From contig CAVPXM010000053.1 of assembly GCA_963709405.1 (NCBI GenBank), positions 64,001 to 128,000 of the forward strand: a stretch of 64,000 nucleotides of DNA, written 5' to 3'. The stretch comes from an uncultured Nitrososphaerales archaeon. GTDB lineage: Archaea > Thermoproteota > Nitrososphaeria > Nitrososphaerales > Nitrososphaeraceae. Both the position numbers and the translations under genes were made by a program. Shown here in pieces: positions 23,568 to 34,319 of the stretch. Each line of letters begins with the position of its first letter. Position 1 is the stretch's first letter. The notes below the pieces were generated by a model. That model was given only the letters and a program-made list of their open reading frames with translations, was not told where the DNA came from and searched no databases.

Positions 23568-25712
23568 ATGGGTAAGAATTTAGATCGAAGAATAACTGCC
23601 CTATTGGACTCTTTAGGATATTCCACTTTATATCCCCCACAGGAATTAGCTATATCGAAAGGGGTATTAGAAGGAAGGAATCTGCTTATTACGACTCCGA
23701 CCGCAAGCGGTAAGACAATGGTAGCATTAATGGCCGCAATTAAGACAATTGAGAAGGGATTGAAAGTGGCATATCTAACTCCTCTACGCGCACTAGCTGC
23801 AGAAAAATGTCAGGATTTTCATGCTCTTAACAATCCCAAGATATTCGAAAGAAGAATTAAGATTGAGTTAGCTAGCAGCGATTATGATTCTCCAGGTGAA
23901 GAGCTGGCTGATGCAGATATCACAATATTAACTAATGAAAAAATGGATTCCTTAATGAGACATAGATCCGATTGGATATCTGAAGTAGGACTTTTTGTGA
24001 TCGATGAGGTGCATTTTATAGGCGACCGTGAGAGGGGTCCAGTCCTTGAAATGATGTTAACTATAATACGAAAAATGTACCCGCGAATTCAGCTCTTAGC
24101 ACTGAGTGCTACTGTCGTTAACTCAACTGATATTGCTTCTTGGCTTGGATGCGAGTTGGTTGATAGTAAATGGAGGCCTACGGAATTAATAGAGGGTGTG
24201 TATCAGGATGGCATCATTAAAATGAGTGATGGTAGCAAAACTAAAATCAAATCATATAACGGATCTTCAAATGCAATAATCGATCTTGTAGAAGATTCCA
24301 TGGTTAAGGGAATTCAGACGTTGGTGTTTGCGGAAACTCGTAAATGTACCTCATCTCTTGCAAAAAAAGTAGCTGGCATTGTATTTACCAAGCTAAATGA
24401 GAACGTTAGAAAAATGGCGTTGGAGGCATCATCTCAACTACTTACTAATGGAGAAGACACTGAGATTACATCGACTCTTTCTCATCTAATTTCTAAAGGT
24501 GTAGCCTTTCATCACGCAGGCATAGGATCGTCAAGTAGAAAAATCATAGAGGAATCATTCAAAAAAGGAATTATTAGAATTCTGTTCACAACTCCAACGC
24601 TTGCTTCAGGGGTGAATCTGCCTGCTAGACGTGTTATTATGTCAAATATCTTACGTTATGATTCAGATGTTGGGAGCAGGATACCCATCAGTATTTTAGA
24701 GTATAAGCAAATATGTGGCCGTGGGGGCAGACCAAAGTATGACGAAAAGGGAGAATCTATAATCATAGCTGGATCGAATCTTAATCCTGATGACGTATAC
24801 GATCACTATGTGTTAGGTACTCCCGAACCGTTAAGGTCCCAACTTGCAAATAACAAGGCAATCCGAATTCATGTGTTAAGTACTATAGTTACTATCCCTG
24901 GAATAAAAAAAACTGAAATTATAGATTTGTTTCAAAATACGTTACTGGCACTACACTACAGGGAACCAACTTTATCTTTCAAAATTACAAGCGCGTTAGA
25001 TTATCTGCATACCGAACATATGATAAAAACGAGGAAGGACAGATATATTGTAACAGAATTCGGAAAGAAAATATCATTGCTGTACATAGATCCTTCGACA
25101 GGAATAGAGTTTAGAAAAGCTATTGAATCGATCAAAAAACCCAACGGAGAGAATCATGCTTTAGGTTTTTTGCATATAATAACAAGTAGTGTGGATTTTT
25201 ATCCACGCCTTGCCCTGCGAAGTACAGATTATGACACATTTTCTGCAATTTGTAAGCGCGATGCCAATCAATTAATTTTCGATATAAATGAGTGCGAATG
25301 GTCTAGAAGCCTTTTGGCGCTCTATGAATGGATCAACGAATCTAGCGATAGGAAGCTGAGTGAGAAGTTGGGAGTTGAACCAGGAGACATGTACAGAATA
25401 GTTGAGATCAGTAATTGGTTAGCTTATGCCTTATACCAAGTTGCAAAGACTATTGGGCGCGGGGATTTGCTCAGCGAAATATACAAATTAAGAATTAGAA
25501 TTAAGTATGGCATAAAAGAAGAACTTTCATCCCTAGTCCAACTCAGAGGAATAGGAAGGATTAAAGCACGATCATTGTATAATGCTGGAATCACAGACCT
25601 GACTGCACTTGCAAATACTCCGGAGTCAAAGTTATCTGCTATTCCAAAGATTGGAATGGCATTAGCTAGGATGCTGAAGGGCGACCTAACGAATAGAATG
25701 CTTTCTGCGTAA
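23568..25712 (+). CDS. hel308: Ski2-like DEAD/DEAH helicase (Hel308/Hjm)
   Basis: PTASGKT, DEVH, LSAT, FHHAG, TLASGVNLPAR, GRGGRP, C-terminal HhH GIGRIKARSLY. Confidence 0.92.
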   Translation: MGKNLDRRITALLDSLGYSTLYPPQELAISKGVLEGRNLLITTPTASGKTMVALMAAIKTIEKGLKVAYLTPLRALAAEKCQDFHALNNPKIFERRIKIELASSDYDSPGEELADADITILTNEKMDSLMRHRSDWISEVGLFVIDEVHFIGDRERGPVLEMMLTIIRKMYPRIQLLALSATVVNSTDIASWLGCELVDSKWRPTELIEGVYQDGIIKMSDGSKTKIKSYNGSSNAIIDLVEDSMVKGIQTLVFAETRKCTSSLAKKVAGIVFTKLNENVRKMALEASSQLLTNGEDTEITSTLSHLISKGVAFHHAGIGSSSRKIIEESFKKGIIRILFTTPTLASGVNLPARRVIMSNILRYDSDVGSRIPISILEYKQICGRGGRPKYDEKGESIIIAGSNLNPDDVYDHYVLGTPEPLRSQLANNKAIRIHVLSTIVTIPGIKKTEIIDLFQNTLLALHYREPTLSFKITSALDYLHTEHMIKTRKDRYIVTEFGKKISLLYIDPSTGIEFRKAIESIKKPNGENHALGFLHIITSSVDFYPRLALRSTDYDTFSAICKRDANQLIFDINECEWSRSLLALYEWINESSDRKLSEKLGVEPGDMYRIVEISNWLAYALYQVAKTIGRGDLLSEIYKLRIRIKYGIKEELSSLVQLRGIGRIKARSLYNAGITDLTALANTPESKLSAIPKIGMALARMLKGDLTNRMLSA

Positions 25713-25823
25713 AGAAGTAGGAATGTCTATGATTCATTTAAATAATCACGGCCAAATATTAATACACGATTCAATGTTTAAGTTATATAGCAAATCTTTT
25801 CTATTACCAAGCCTGATAGATAA

Positions 25824-26846
25824 TTGCTAAATCTTGCAGACGGCCATATCCTAATTCAAGCAATAACTGTCTCTGCCATCTCCTTTCTATTGGTTTTATA
25901 CTTGATGCCTAAAACAATCAATTCATTAATCTCTAAAGGAAAGGTGGTAAAGGACTTCCATAAGCCTGAAACTCCACTCGTTCCTAGGCCGGCTGGACCC
26001 GTATTACTCGCAGGAATCGCAACAGCAGAGATAGTCCTATTCTTGCTTACTTTAAATATGAAAGTCATTGCAATCCTGCTGACAACCACCATAGGATTTA
26101 TCATTGGGCTGATTGACGACAAGCGGATTATGCCTGGATCATTTAAACCAGTTGCTCTAATATTAGCAGCTATTCCCTTGATAGTTTTCGGAGCTTATGG
26201 TTCTCATCTCTATCTCATATTTGGTGCCGTGTTTATTCCTTTGTTGTACATACCATTGATCTTAGTGATAGTTCCCATTGTGGGAAACACAATTAATTCT
26301 ATCGATGTTCTAAATGGCGTTGCTAGTGGATTTGTGATCATATGTACCATACCTGTTCTAATAAGTATTGCAATTTTTGGCAATAACGATACGTTCGTTG
26401 CATCCTTACCATTACTATTCGGAACAATAGCATTCTATAGATTTCATAGATTTCCGAGCAGGATCTTTCCTGGTGACTCCGGAACTTTGCTAATTGGATC
26501 TATGTATGGCGCTATTGCAATAGCTGGGAGCTCAGAGGTAATAGGGGTTATTGCGTTGCTACCTGCAGTCATGAACTCTTTTCTTTTTCTTGCCAGTGTA
26601 AAGAAAATCGTTGAACACAGGCAGGTTAAGGCTAGACCTACAGTCTTAATGAATGATTTTAGGTTAGCGGCATCAAAGGATAAGGAAGCGCCAACTACTC
26701 TTCTAAGATTAATTCTAGCACATGGTCCTATGTCAGAAAAAGAGATAGTCGGTCAGGTGTTTAGACTAGGAATATTTTCTTCACTCTTGGCAGTGATCTC
26801 GATAATCATTCAATATTACTTTGTTACTGGATTAGTCCCCAAATGA
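25824..26846 (+). CDS. UDP-GlcNAc:dolichyl-phosphate GlcNAc-1-P transferase (MraY/GPT family, AglH-like)
   Basis: Multi-TM; IGLIDD, NTINSIDVLNG, IFPGDSG. Confidence 0.88.
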   Translation: MLNLADGHILIQAITVSAISFLLVLYLMPKTINSLISKGKVVKDFHKPETPLVPRPAGPVLLAGIATAEIVLFLLTLNMKVIAILLTTTIGFIIGLIDDKRIMPGSFKPVALILAAIPLIVFGAYGSHLYLIFGAVFIPLLYIPLILVIVPIVGNTINSIDVLNGVASGFVIICTIPVLISIAIFGNNDTFVASLPLLFGTIAFYRFHRFPSRIFPGDSGTLLIGSMYGAIAIAGSSEVIGVIALLPAVMNSFLFLASVKKIVEHRQVKARPTVLMNDFRLAASKDKEAPTTLLRLILAHGPMSEKEIVGQVFRLGIFSSLLAVISIIIQYYFVTGLVPK

Positions 26847-27082
26847 AACCTGCTGCTGGCCTTTTAGGATTCATCACTATTATGTGGATAATGATTCTAG
26901 CAGCTGCGGCTTTTCTAGTGATTATCATAGGCCCTATGGATCAGATTCTGTTTCACAACGGAGCCAGCAGAGAAATGGTATCCATCATCCAAGCATCTAT
27001 TTCGATTACCGTCGTCATAATGCTAATACTATTTCTGAGCAGGTTCAAAATGCTCTATGTAAAGAGGAACATCCAAACATAG
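26843..27082 (+). CDS. Small 2-TM membrane protein coupled to the GPT gene
   Basis: ATGA overlap with the upstream stop codon; two hydrophobic helices. Confidence 0.75.
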   Translation: MKPAAGLLGFITIMWIMILAAAAFLVIIIGPMDQILFHNGASREMVSIIQASISITVVIMLILFLSRFKMLYVKRNIQT

Positions 27083-27419
27083 AGGCAAGGTCAGAGTTCG
27101 TGCATTAACTATTATCTAGAACATAGGTGGTGCCTGCAGTGCTGCCCGCTATCTTTATTATAGAGTCGCCGCGACACCATAGTCTGTTTAATGATATAGA
27201 GTTAAAAGATGCAATTTAGGTGCGTACTGAATAAGAGCTTTGAATTATAGCTATATGACTCATTATCACCTACGTGAGACAAAACCAAATTATACTTTTT
27301 TTGACTTGAATGAGGATAAATATGGTGCTCGATATTCAATCTAATAATTGACAAATAACACCACTGAATGCTTAAGTATTTGATTCTCTATTTGATTCTC
27401 TAACCAAGTCGCATATGAC

Positions 27420-28331
27420 TCAGTCATTCAAAGAAGTACCCGAAGTTCTTTTTCTTCTCTTTGCTAAGTGGGGATTGTGGCAAACATAGTCACTCAGAGA
27501 CTTGATCATATGTCCCATTTTGTAAATTTCTGGCATTACGTCAATACCAATCGCATTGTCCTCAAGTACTTTTTTTGTGGATGGACCAACCACTGTAACG
27601 ATCACTGATTTATTTAATGACGACTCAAGCGATTGTCTCATCTTGTATTTGTCTGCTATCAAAAGCAATTCTTTGACTGCCGGCGGACTTGTAAAGGTGA
27701 TGACGTCTATATTTCCCTTGTCTATTTGCTCTATCAGTTCGATCACCCTCGATTCAATTGGAGGCACATACCTGAATCCCATCTCCCGTAAAACTCTTGC
27801 GCCGTCATTGTCCAGCTCGTAAGAATATTTGTAAATTGTTAACTCAAATAATTCTGCCCCAGCCTTGCTAAGCTCGTCCACAAAATATCTTGAATATGAA
27901 CCATGCCATAGTACGCCTATTTTCTTGCTAACTAAATTACTCTTTTTGAGAAGTTTTAGGATTCCTCCTGTTGTATTTTCAATCGGAATCAGTTTGGTAT
28001 GTATATCGTATTTTGCTAACGCCGCTTGTGGTTTTGCGCTTCGAGCGATTAGTGATATATCTTTCAACGCATCCCTTAACCTTTCCCCTAGTCCAAGTTT
28101 CTCGGCAGTAGACATGAGAGAATAGACTCCTGGGCCAGACATAAATATCAGGAAGTCAGGGTGTTCAAAAATCTTGTCAATAAATTTCTTAACTTCTTCG
28201 ACATCCCCCGTTGCATTTATACCCACCGTGGGTGCAATGTGGGGCTCGCCTCCGAATGATACGATTAATCGAGCCAGCTCAGAGGCTCTTCTACTAGCTG
28301 TAACGGCAACAGTCAAGCCTTTCAATGACAT
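27420..28331 (-). CDS. hemD: Uroporphyrinogen-III synthase
   Basis: LKGLTVAVTASRRA, IDVITFTSPPAV, VVGP.T...L. Confidence 0.88.
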   Translation of the reverse strand: MSLKGLTVAVTASRRASELARLIVSFGGEPHIAPTVGINATGDVEEVKKFIDKIFEHPDFLIFMSGPGVYSLMSTAEKLGLGERLRDALKDISLIARSAKPQAALAKYDIHTKLIPIENTTGGILKLLKKSNLVSKKIGVLWHGSYSRYFVDELSKAGAELFELTIYKYSYELDNDGARVLREMGFRYVPPIESRVIELIEQIDKGNIDVITFTSPPAVKELLLIADKYKMRQSLESSLNKSVIVTVVGPSTKKVLEDNAIGIDVMPEIYKMGHMIKSLSDYVCHNPHLAKRRKRTSGTSLND

Positions 28332-28756
28332 ATGTAATTACAATTTATGAAGCATATGCAAATAAATAGTAGTAGCCTAATGAGTCAATTTAGATTAAGC
28401 ACGTCCTTCGCCCATACTTTCTACGAGGCTAACGTATTAGCTATAGCTATGCACAGAAAGGAAAAAGAAGAATCTCATCCCTTCGTTTTCCTCTCTTGTG
28501 AGCCTATTCGTAATCGTCAATCATGTATTTCGCTATTTGTATAAATTGCTTAGGTAACAACGTTAACTAAAGGAGAAAAATGGTAATTGTATCCATCCAT
28601 GTATTTCTCAGTATATCTAAGAATACCTATCTAAGCTAGATAAACCAAGTGAAGGATCACGATTCAATCGTCATGCTAGTCAGGTTAATCAGGATTTTAT
28701 CATAATCGCGTTGTGAAATACCCCTTCGTCTTGCCTCCCCAAACTTGTTTACTAGA

Positions 28757-31114
28757 TTAATTTTTGAGGTTATGCATTTTTTCTAAATCTTGCTTGAATA
28801 ATACAAGAGTAGGAGGTACTGCAATCTGAATCGGATCTTTTAGCGACAGTGGCTTTCCTGTTTCACGCGAAATCATTTCCTTTTTTTGTGTCCACACCAT
28901 GGAATTAAATTCTAGAATCGATTTGGTATATTTTGTTAAATCTTGATATTCCAGATCTATTTTAGGCATCTTCTGTACATGTATACTTTTGTCAGAGTAC
29001 ATTTTCGTCCAGATTTCGTCTGTAATAAAGGGACAGACTGGGGATAACAGCAAAAGTATTGTAGATAAGCATTTATTTATTGTCGATATGGCAGACTCAT
29101 GACCGTCCTTATAATTCTTTTCATAAACACGCCACTTGACCATTTCTAAATAATGAGAGGCAAAAACGTTCCATGTGAATTCCCTTATTGCGTTTGCTGG
29201 AATAAAGAAATTAAAATCATTATATCCGATTTCGCATTCCTTGACTAGCTTTGATAATTCTCCTAGTATCCACTTATCGGCGTTATCCATAGGTTGGGAT
29301 GAATTCTGAGTATCCTCAAAAGAAGAAACAAATCTTGCTATATTCCACAACTTTGACAGAAAGTTCTTTGATACAGCGATTTTTTGTTCAGAGCATCTAA
29401 AATCCTGGCCCAAATTGCCTTCAGAGGCCGACCAAAAACGAAATGCATCTGCTCCATACCTGTGAATAATTGGAAAAGGATCTATGACGTTTCCTTTGCT
29501 CTTACTCATTTTTTCACCCTTCTCGTCTACACCGTAACCCATAATCCAAGCATCAGACCATGGTAATTGATCTGTTTGTTGGAAGCAGCGTAACATGCTA
29601 TAATAGAGCCACGTTCTTATGATATCTTTGGCCTGTGGTCTTAGTCTAGTAGGATAGAGATAGTCATATATTTTTTGATTTCGTAGATATCGTGTGATGA
29701 ATAGTGGAGTGATGCTAGAATCCATCCAGGTATCAAATATTCGATCCTCTCCGGTGAACTCTGTCTCTCCACACTTCTTACACTTCTCGAATGGGGGCTT
29801 TTCCTTCCATGGTCTATAATATTGACCGGCCTCTGGAAGATTTGGAGTCTTGCAAATCTTACAGAACCAGACGGGAATTTCTGTCCCGTAGAATCTTCGT
29901 CTCGAAATTGGCCAATCAATTGAAATCGAATTCAGCCAGTTATTCAAAATTTGTCTATGTATTTCCGGGTGGAAATTTATTTTCATGGCGAGCTCTTTCA
30001 GTTTTGGGATGTAATTCATCTGTTTTAGATAATAGTCCTCCATGGATAGTATTTCGATCGGAGTTCTACTTCGTTCACAAATAGGCGTACGATGCATAAT
30101 ATTTTCTTCTCTTTCGATATATCCATCCTTCTTCAGATCCTCAATTATTCTAGATCTGGCCTGACGTATTCCAAGATAGGCGTATGATTTGGCTGAATTA
30201 GTGGTAGTTCCATTCTCAGTTAAGGAAATTATTTCTTTAAGCCCCAATTCTCTAAATAGTTGAACATCATTTCGATCACCATAGCTACAGACCATTACTG
30301 CACCCGAGCCAAAATCTGGATTTACTGAATAGTGAGGAATAATTTCAACTTCTCTATCGAATATAGGTAAAACCGCATGTTTCCTTATGAAAGCAGAATA
30401 ACGCTGATCTTCGGGGTTCACTATTATTGCTTGACATGCGAAGAGAAGTTCTGGTCTGGTAGAAGCAATAATTAGGTTTCCTCCTTCTTTAATATTAAAT
30501 TTCATATAGATGAGTTTGGTTGGAATTTCTTGATAGATAATCTCTGCATCAGCCAGAGTAGTCCCACACTCATAACAATAATTATTGGGCCTATTTGCCA
30601 TGTATATTAAGCCTTTCTTCCACAAATCTATGAAGGTACTCTGAGTCAATGATCTAAATTCAGCAGAATCTGTCCGATAGTACTCATCAAAATTCCCGCT
30701 TAGTCCCATGTCCTTCATGATTTGGATCATTTCTGATTCAAGATCGTCCAGTGCTTGCTTGCAAAGGTCGAGAAATTTTTCTCTGTCAGTCCTTCGCATT
30801 TGAATTTTGTATTTTTTTTCAGTATAGATCTCAACCGGTAATCCATTCCTATCGATGCCAATTGGAAAAAAAACATTATAATCCTTCATTCGAGCGACCC
30901 TAGCAATCATATCGATCTGTGCATAATGGGCCGCAGCTCCGATATGCCATGGTCTACCAGAGGGATACGGTGGCGGAGTATCAATTACAAAAGGGATACT
31001 ATCTTGCTCTATAATTGAGAATCCATAGACATTATCTTGATGCCATCTTTTTAGAATTTTCTGTTCTATTGAAGGATCCCATGTTTTAGAGTCAATTTTA
31101 CAGTTATCGTTCAT
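28757..31114 (-). CDS. valS: Valine--tRNA ligase
   Basis: IDTPPPYPSG, HIGA (HIGH-like), DWPISRRRFYG, FDTWMDS, KMSKS. Confidence 0.96.
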   Translation of the reverse strand: MNDNCKIDSKTWDPSIEQKILKRWHQDNVYGFSIIEQDSIPFVIDTPPPYPSGRPWHIGAAAHYAQIDMIARVARMKDYNVFFPIGIDRNGLPVEIYTEKKYKIQMRRTDREKFLDLCKQALDDLESEMIQIMKDMGLSGNFDEYYRTDSAEFRSLTQSTFIDLWKKGLIYMANRPNNYCYECGTTLADAEIIYQEIPTKLIYMKFNIKEGGNLIIASTRPELLFACQAIIVNPEDQRYSAFIRKHAVLPIFDREVEIIPHYSVNPDFGSGAVMVCSYGDRNDVQLFRELGLKEIISLTENGTTTNSAKSYAYLGIRQARSRIIEDLKKDGYIEREENIMHRTPICERSRTPIEILSMEDYYLKQMNYIPKLKELAMKINFHPEIHRQILNNWLNSISIDWPISRRRFYGTEIPVWFCKICKTPNLPEAGQYYRPWKEKPPFEKCKKCGETEFTGEDRIFDTWMDSSITPLFITRYLRNQKIYDYLYPTRLRPQAKDIIRTWLYYSMLRCFQQTDQLPWSDAWIMGYGVDEKGEKMSKSKGNVIDPFPIIHRYGADAFRFWSASEGNLGQDFRCSEQKIAVSKNFLSKLWNIARFVSSFEDTQNSSQPMDNADKWILGELSKLVKECEIGYNDFNFFIPANAIREFTWNVFASHYLEMVKWRVYEKNYKDGHESAISTINKCLSTILLLLSPVCPFITDEIWTKMYSDKSIHVQKMPKIDLEYQDLTKYTKSILEFNSMVWTQKKEMISRETGKPLSLKDPIQIAVPPTLVLFKQDLEKMHNLKN

Positions 31115-31205
31115 ATTTTAGCAACATATCTATTACCGTTATTAACGTTAATGACTCACCAACTGTGCATGGTAAAGGGATTATTGCTGCCTGAAAGGAT
31201 CTACT

Positions 31206-31424
31206 GTGTTAATGACAGCGCTATTTTACCTTTTCATTATGAGTATTTCCGTTCTTTCCACAATTATCTTCATTACTCCGAGATTTTCTGGACAGATCGC
31301 GCTATTCTCAATCGTGATTGCAATGATCCCCCCTTCAGTTCTTACTGTAGTTTTTTTGAAAAAAATAAATCAAATCATCTTTCATAATACGGCCACGAGG
31401 GTAGATAAATATTCTGAAAAGTAA
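31206..31424 (+). CDS. Possible small 2-TM protein
   Basis: 72-aa hydrophobic ORF divergent from valS. Confidence 0.4.
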   Translation: MLMTALFYLFIMSISVLSTIIFITPRFSGQIALFSIVIAMIPPSVLTVVFLKKINQIIFHNTATRVDKYSEK

Positions 31425-31912
31425 GTAGGACCTAATGAAACACTCGTAATTTCTCTGAGGTTTGCTCGGCGACTATTTATTTACGTTTAAGTTAAGGTTG
31501 CTCATCCTCATAGGGATACTAAAAATGCAAGTCAAGTTTATGATGCCGCAATCGGCAGATGTCCTTCTACTGTCTTAATCTCGTTTCGGACATGTCATTT
31601 TTCTATGATTAAATTGGCTCGCTTGACTGGAAATCAATTGAATAAACGTGCGATCGAGTATTATGATTGTAGAGACCTTGGTCAAACTTCATTTCGATAT
31701 ATTCGTTCGATTTATAGCTATCCCCATCCTACCCTCTTCATTATTATGCAGATATCTGCAGTACTTCGATGAGGTATTAGTCTCACAATTTGTTATAATT
31801 GGCATATGTTCTTGTGCTAGCTTATTGATAAACTTGAAATCAATAAGTTGCAAAGTCTGGGATCAATTTTGAAAATCATGAATTAAACTGGAAATGGAAT
31901 GGAACTCTTATT

Positions 31913-33373
31913 CTAGAAATCCTTTCTAATGGGTAACTCAGGATTTCCAAACCCATTTGAATAGAGTGAATAAAGTCTGATTTCCTGGCCATGTTTTATC
32001 CGATAATTTCCGATCAGATTTATAATCTTTTTATATTCTTCCTTTAAAGTAATTAATGTTTCCGCTAGATTGTCTGCTATCAGTATATGCCACTCATTAC
32101 CTATATCCATAACTCTACGTGCCAGAATGATGCCTGGTCCCCAATAATTCTGATTATTTTTTATATCATTCACTGTAAACACAGGTCCAGTACTCAGACC
32201 AATGCGTACGATGATAAAGTCTTCGCTATTTTTTTCATAGTTGTACCTATGCAGCTCACGATGAAGCTGGATACTCAGGTGCAATGGCAATTCTGGATTG
32301 AATGGAAAGCCTATCACCATCCCGTCACCAGTTGGCAGAATAATTTTCTTATCATCTACCTTAAAAGCATCACACGAAAGGATAAGACTATTTAGTGTCT
32401 CTATTTTTTCTCTTTGTTTATTGACAGATAATAACGGGTCGGAAAGCCCAACTATATCTATAAAGAAAAAATTTGCATTTATTGACTCGGTGGGAATCCC
32501 TATTCCTGACAGACTAAAATCATACACCTTTACTAATTTTTTATATATTTCCAAGTGGTGACCATGAAAAGGCAGTTCCGTATATATAACCGGTGTCTCA
32601 AATATAGGATCTTTACAAAGAAAACATAATGTAAAATTCGAACGCTTACTGAACGAAATGTTACCTTCGTTAGATATATTAAACTTAATCCACACAGGAT
32701 CGTGATGTACCCCCTTAATAGAGAGCATCCTCATTCTTCGGACTAGAGCATCTCCGTTATCCTCTAGCTTCATCTCTAATATTCCGTCAAAAATAGAGCT
32801 TATGCGATTAGTTTCATATTCATTCGATGATGGTGTAGTTAGTGTGAAAATTGCACATACATTATACGATTTTAAAATAAAGTAGAGCTTTGTAATAAAG
32901 GCCTCGATAGCTTTTTCTCCAAATAATGCCAGCATGTGTGTCAGTGAATCACAGATAAATCGAATGTTTTTTGGAGTTTTGGAATCCGTGAAAGCAGAGG
33001 TATTAATTAATTGTCCTCTTTTACCAATCCCCACGTTATCAAGAACTTTAGTCACTTCACTCAGCGTAAAAGATAATTTCTTACTCTCTTCCACATCACT
33101 AAGATAAGGATTAATAAAAGTGGAATATTTGTTGATAATCGACTCTTCAAAATTAGAGAACAAATTTTTGTATTGATCAAGAGTCAAATTAGAACTCAAG
33201 TATATACAATACTCACTACGTGATAAACCCTCAAGCATGAATTCCCTGCAATAAATGCTCTTTCCTGCTCCTGAAGACCCAGTTAACAATAGGACGCTAT
33301 CAGAGATACTCTCCTTGCCTACCAAGTGACTTATGCCGGGGATTTGCATCTCATTGTTAGGGAAAGTAGCCAA
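31913..33373 (-). CDS. KaiC/RAD55-like ATPase fused to a Zn-finger and a class III nucleotide cyclase domain
   Basis: Walker A GSSGAGKS, Walker B FICDS, FDGILEM; CFLC...HGHH; FFFIDIVGLS, PTGDG, RIGLSTGPV, YWGPGIILARRVMD. Confidence 0.85.
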   Translation of the reverse strand: MATFPNNEMQIPGISHLVGKESISDSVLLLTGSSGAGKSIYCREFMLEGLSRSEYCIYLSSNLTLDQYKNLFSNFEESIINKYSTFINPYLSDVEESKKLSFTLSEVTKVLDNVGIGKRGQLINTSAFTDSKTPKNIRFICDSLTHMLALFGEKAIEAFITKLYFILKSYNVCAIFTLTTPSSNEYETNRISSIFDGILEMKLEDNGDALVRRMRMLSIKGVHHDPVWIKFNISNEGNISFSKRSNFTLCFLCKDPIFETPVIYTELPFHGHHLEIYKKLVKVYDFSLSGIGIPTESINANFFFIDIVGLSDPLLSVNKQREKIETLNSLILSCDAFKVDDKKIILPTGDGMVIGFPFNPELPLHLSIQLHRELHRYNYEKNSEDFIIVRIGLSTGPVFTVNDIKNNQNYWGPGIILARRVMDIGNEWHILIADNLAETLITLKEEYKKIINLIGNYRIKHGQEIRLYSLYSNGFGNPELPIRKDF

Positions 33374-33526
33374 ATCTATTACTTATGTCTTATTAACAGA
33401 AAATGCATTTATACATCATACTAAAGGATTCGTCAGAGACAATGATTACTCGAATTTTGTAAGTTTATGGGTTAGTGACAAACATCCACATAAAAAAATC
33501 CATCTTCAAGTGAACAAAAATTAGAA

Positions 33527-33688
33527 TCATGGTAAAGAGTCGCCTAGTCCAGGTTTTTCCTTTTCCAATTTCGCGATGTTTCTCGACATGTATTCCATAG
33601 TTCCAGGAATATGACATTTGCAAATGCAATCATTACAGTCTATATGACTACCTCTTTTACAATAGTCAGATAGTCCATTACTCACCAT
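33527..33688 (-). CDS. Small Cys/His-rich protein (53 aa), below the ORF-track cutoff
   Basis: MVSNGLSDYCKRGSHIDCNDCICKCHIPGTMEYMSRNIAKLEKEKPGLGDSLP*; C-x4-H-x2-C-x2-C-x-C-x-C-H. Confidence 0.6.
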   Translation of the reverse strand: MVSNGLSDYCKRGSHIDCNDCICKCHIPGTMEYMSRNIAKLEKEKPGLGDSLP

Positions 33689-34010
33689 AAATTAACAATT
33701 CAAATGATAAAGACTTATTTTAGTCTTGCTGTAGCATATTTGGTATTAACCTAATCCACGAATATCAGTCAAAAATGCAATGTAACGAATTACCGAGTAC
33801 CAATCAATACTATCCCCACCACGAGCATAATTACCGTTTTTTAAGTCGAATAAGACTAATCATCACGGTAGAATTAACGAAGCCATAAATACGCAATTGC
33901 CAATTTGAGCATTCGCTGGCGTATCTTGAGGCAGATATCTTTTAAAGCTGCATTATTGACCAGATACATTTTTAACTTGATCGAAAAGTATAATGGATGG
34001 TGTTTAAGAC

Positions 34011-34319
34011 TTAGGCAAAAGAAAAGTACTAACTGAATCTCATCTTAAAGAACTAGTGAAGCCTCAGACTGGTGAATTGCTGGGGCGTGTCATAAAGTTA
34101 GTTGGTGGAGACAATGTCATAGTAAAATGCACAGATGGTAAAGTCAGGACTTGTCGTATCAGAGGAAAAATCAAGAGAAGAATGTGGATACGTGATCACG
34201 ATTTGGTATTAATTGCTCCATGGGATTTCCAGGCAGATAAGGCCGATATTATTTGGAGATATATTATGGCTCACGCAGATAAACTTGAACAAGAGGGCTA
34301 TCTTGCTGGATTAAAATAG
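34011..34319 (+). CDS. eif1a: Translation initiation factor aIF-1A
   Basis: GRVIKLVGG...CTDGKVRTCRIRGKIKRRMWIR...WDFQ; frame extends upstream to TTA-GGC-AAA-AGA (xGKRKVLTE), preceded by GGATGGTG. Confidence 0.93.
   Translation, partial: LGKRKVLTESHLKELVKPQTGELLGRVIKLVGGDNVIVKCTDGKVRTCRIRGKIKRRMWIRDHDLVLIAPWDFQADKADIIWRYIMAHADKLEQEGYLAGLK

Noticed and set aside
27378-27401. 12-bp tandem duplication ATTTGATTCTCT x2 after hemD
   Set aside because: Simple slippage duplication with no further structure
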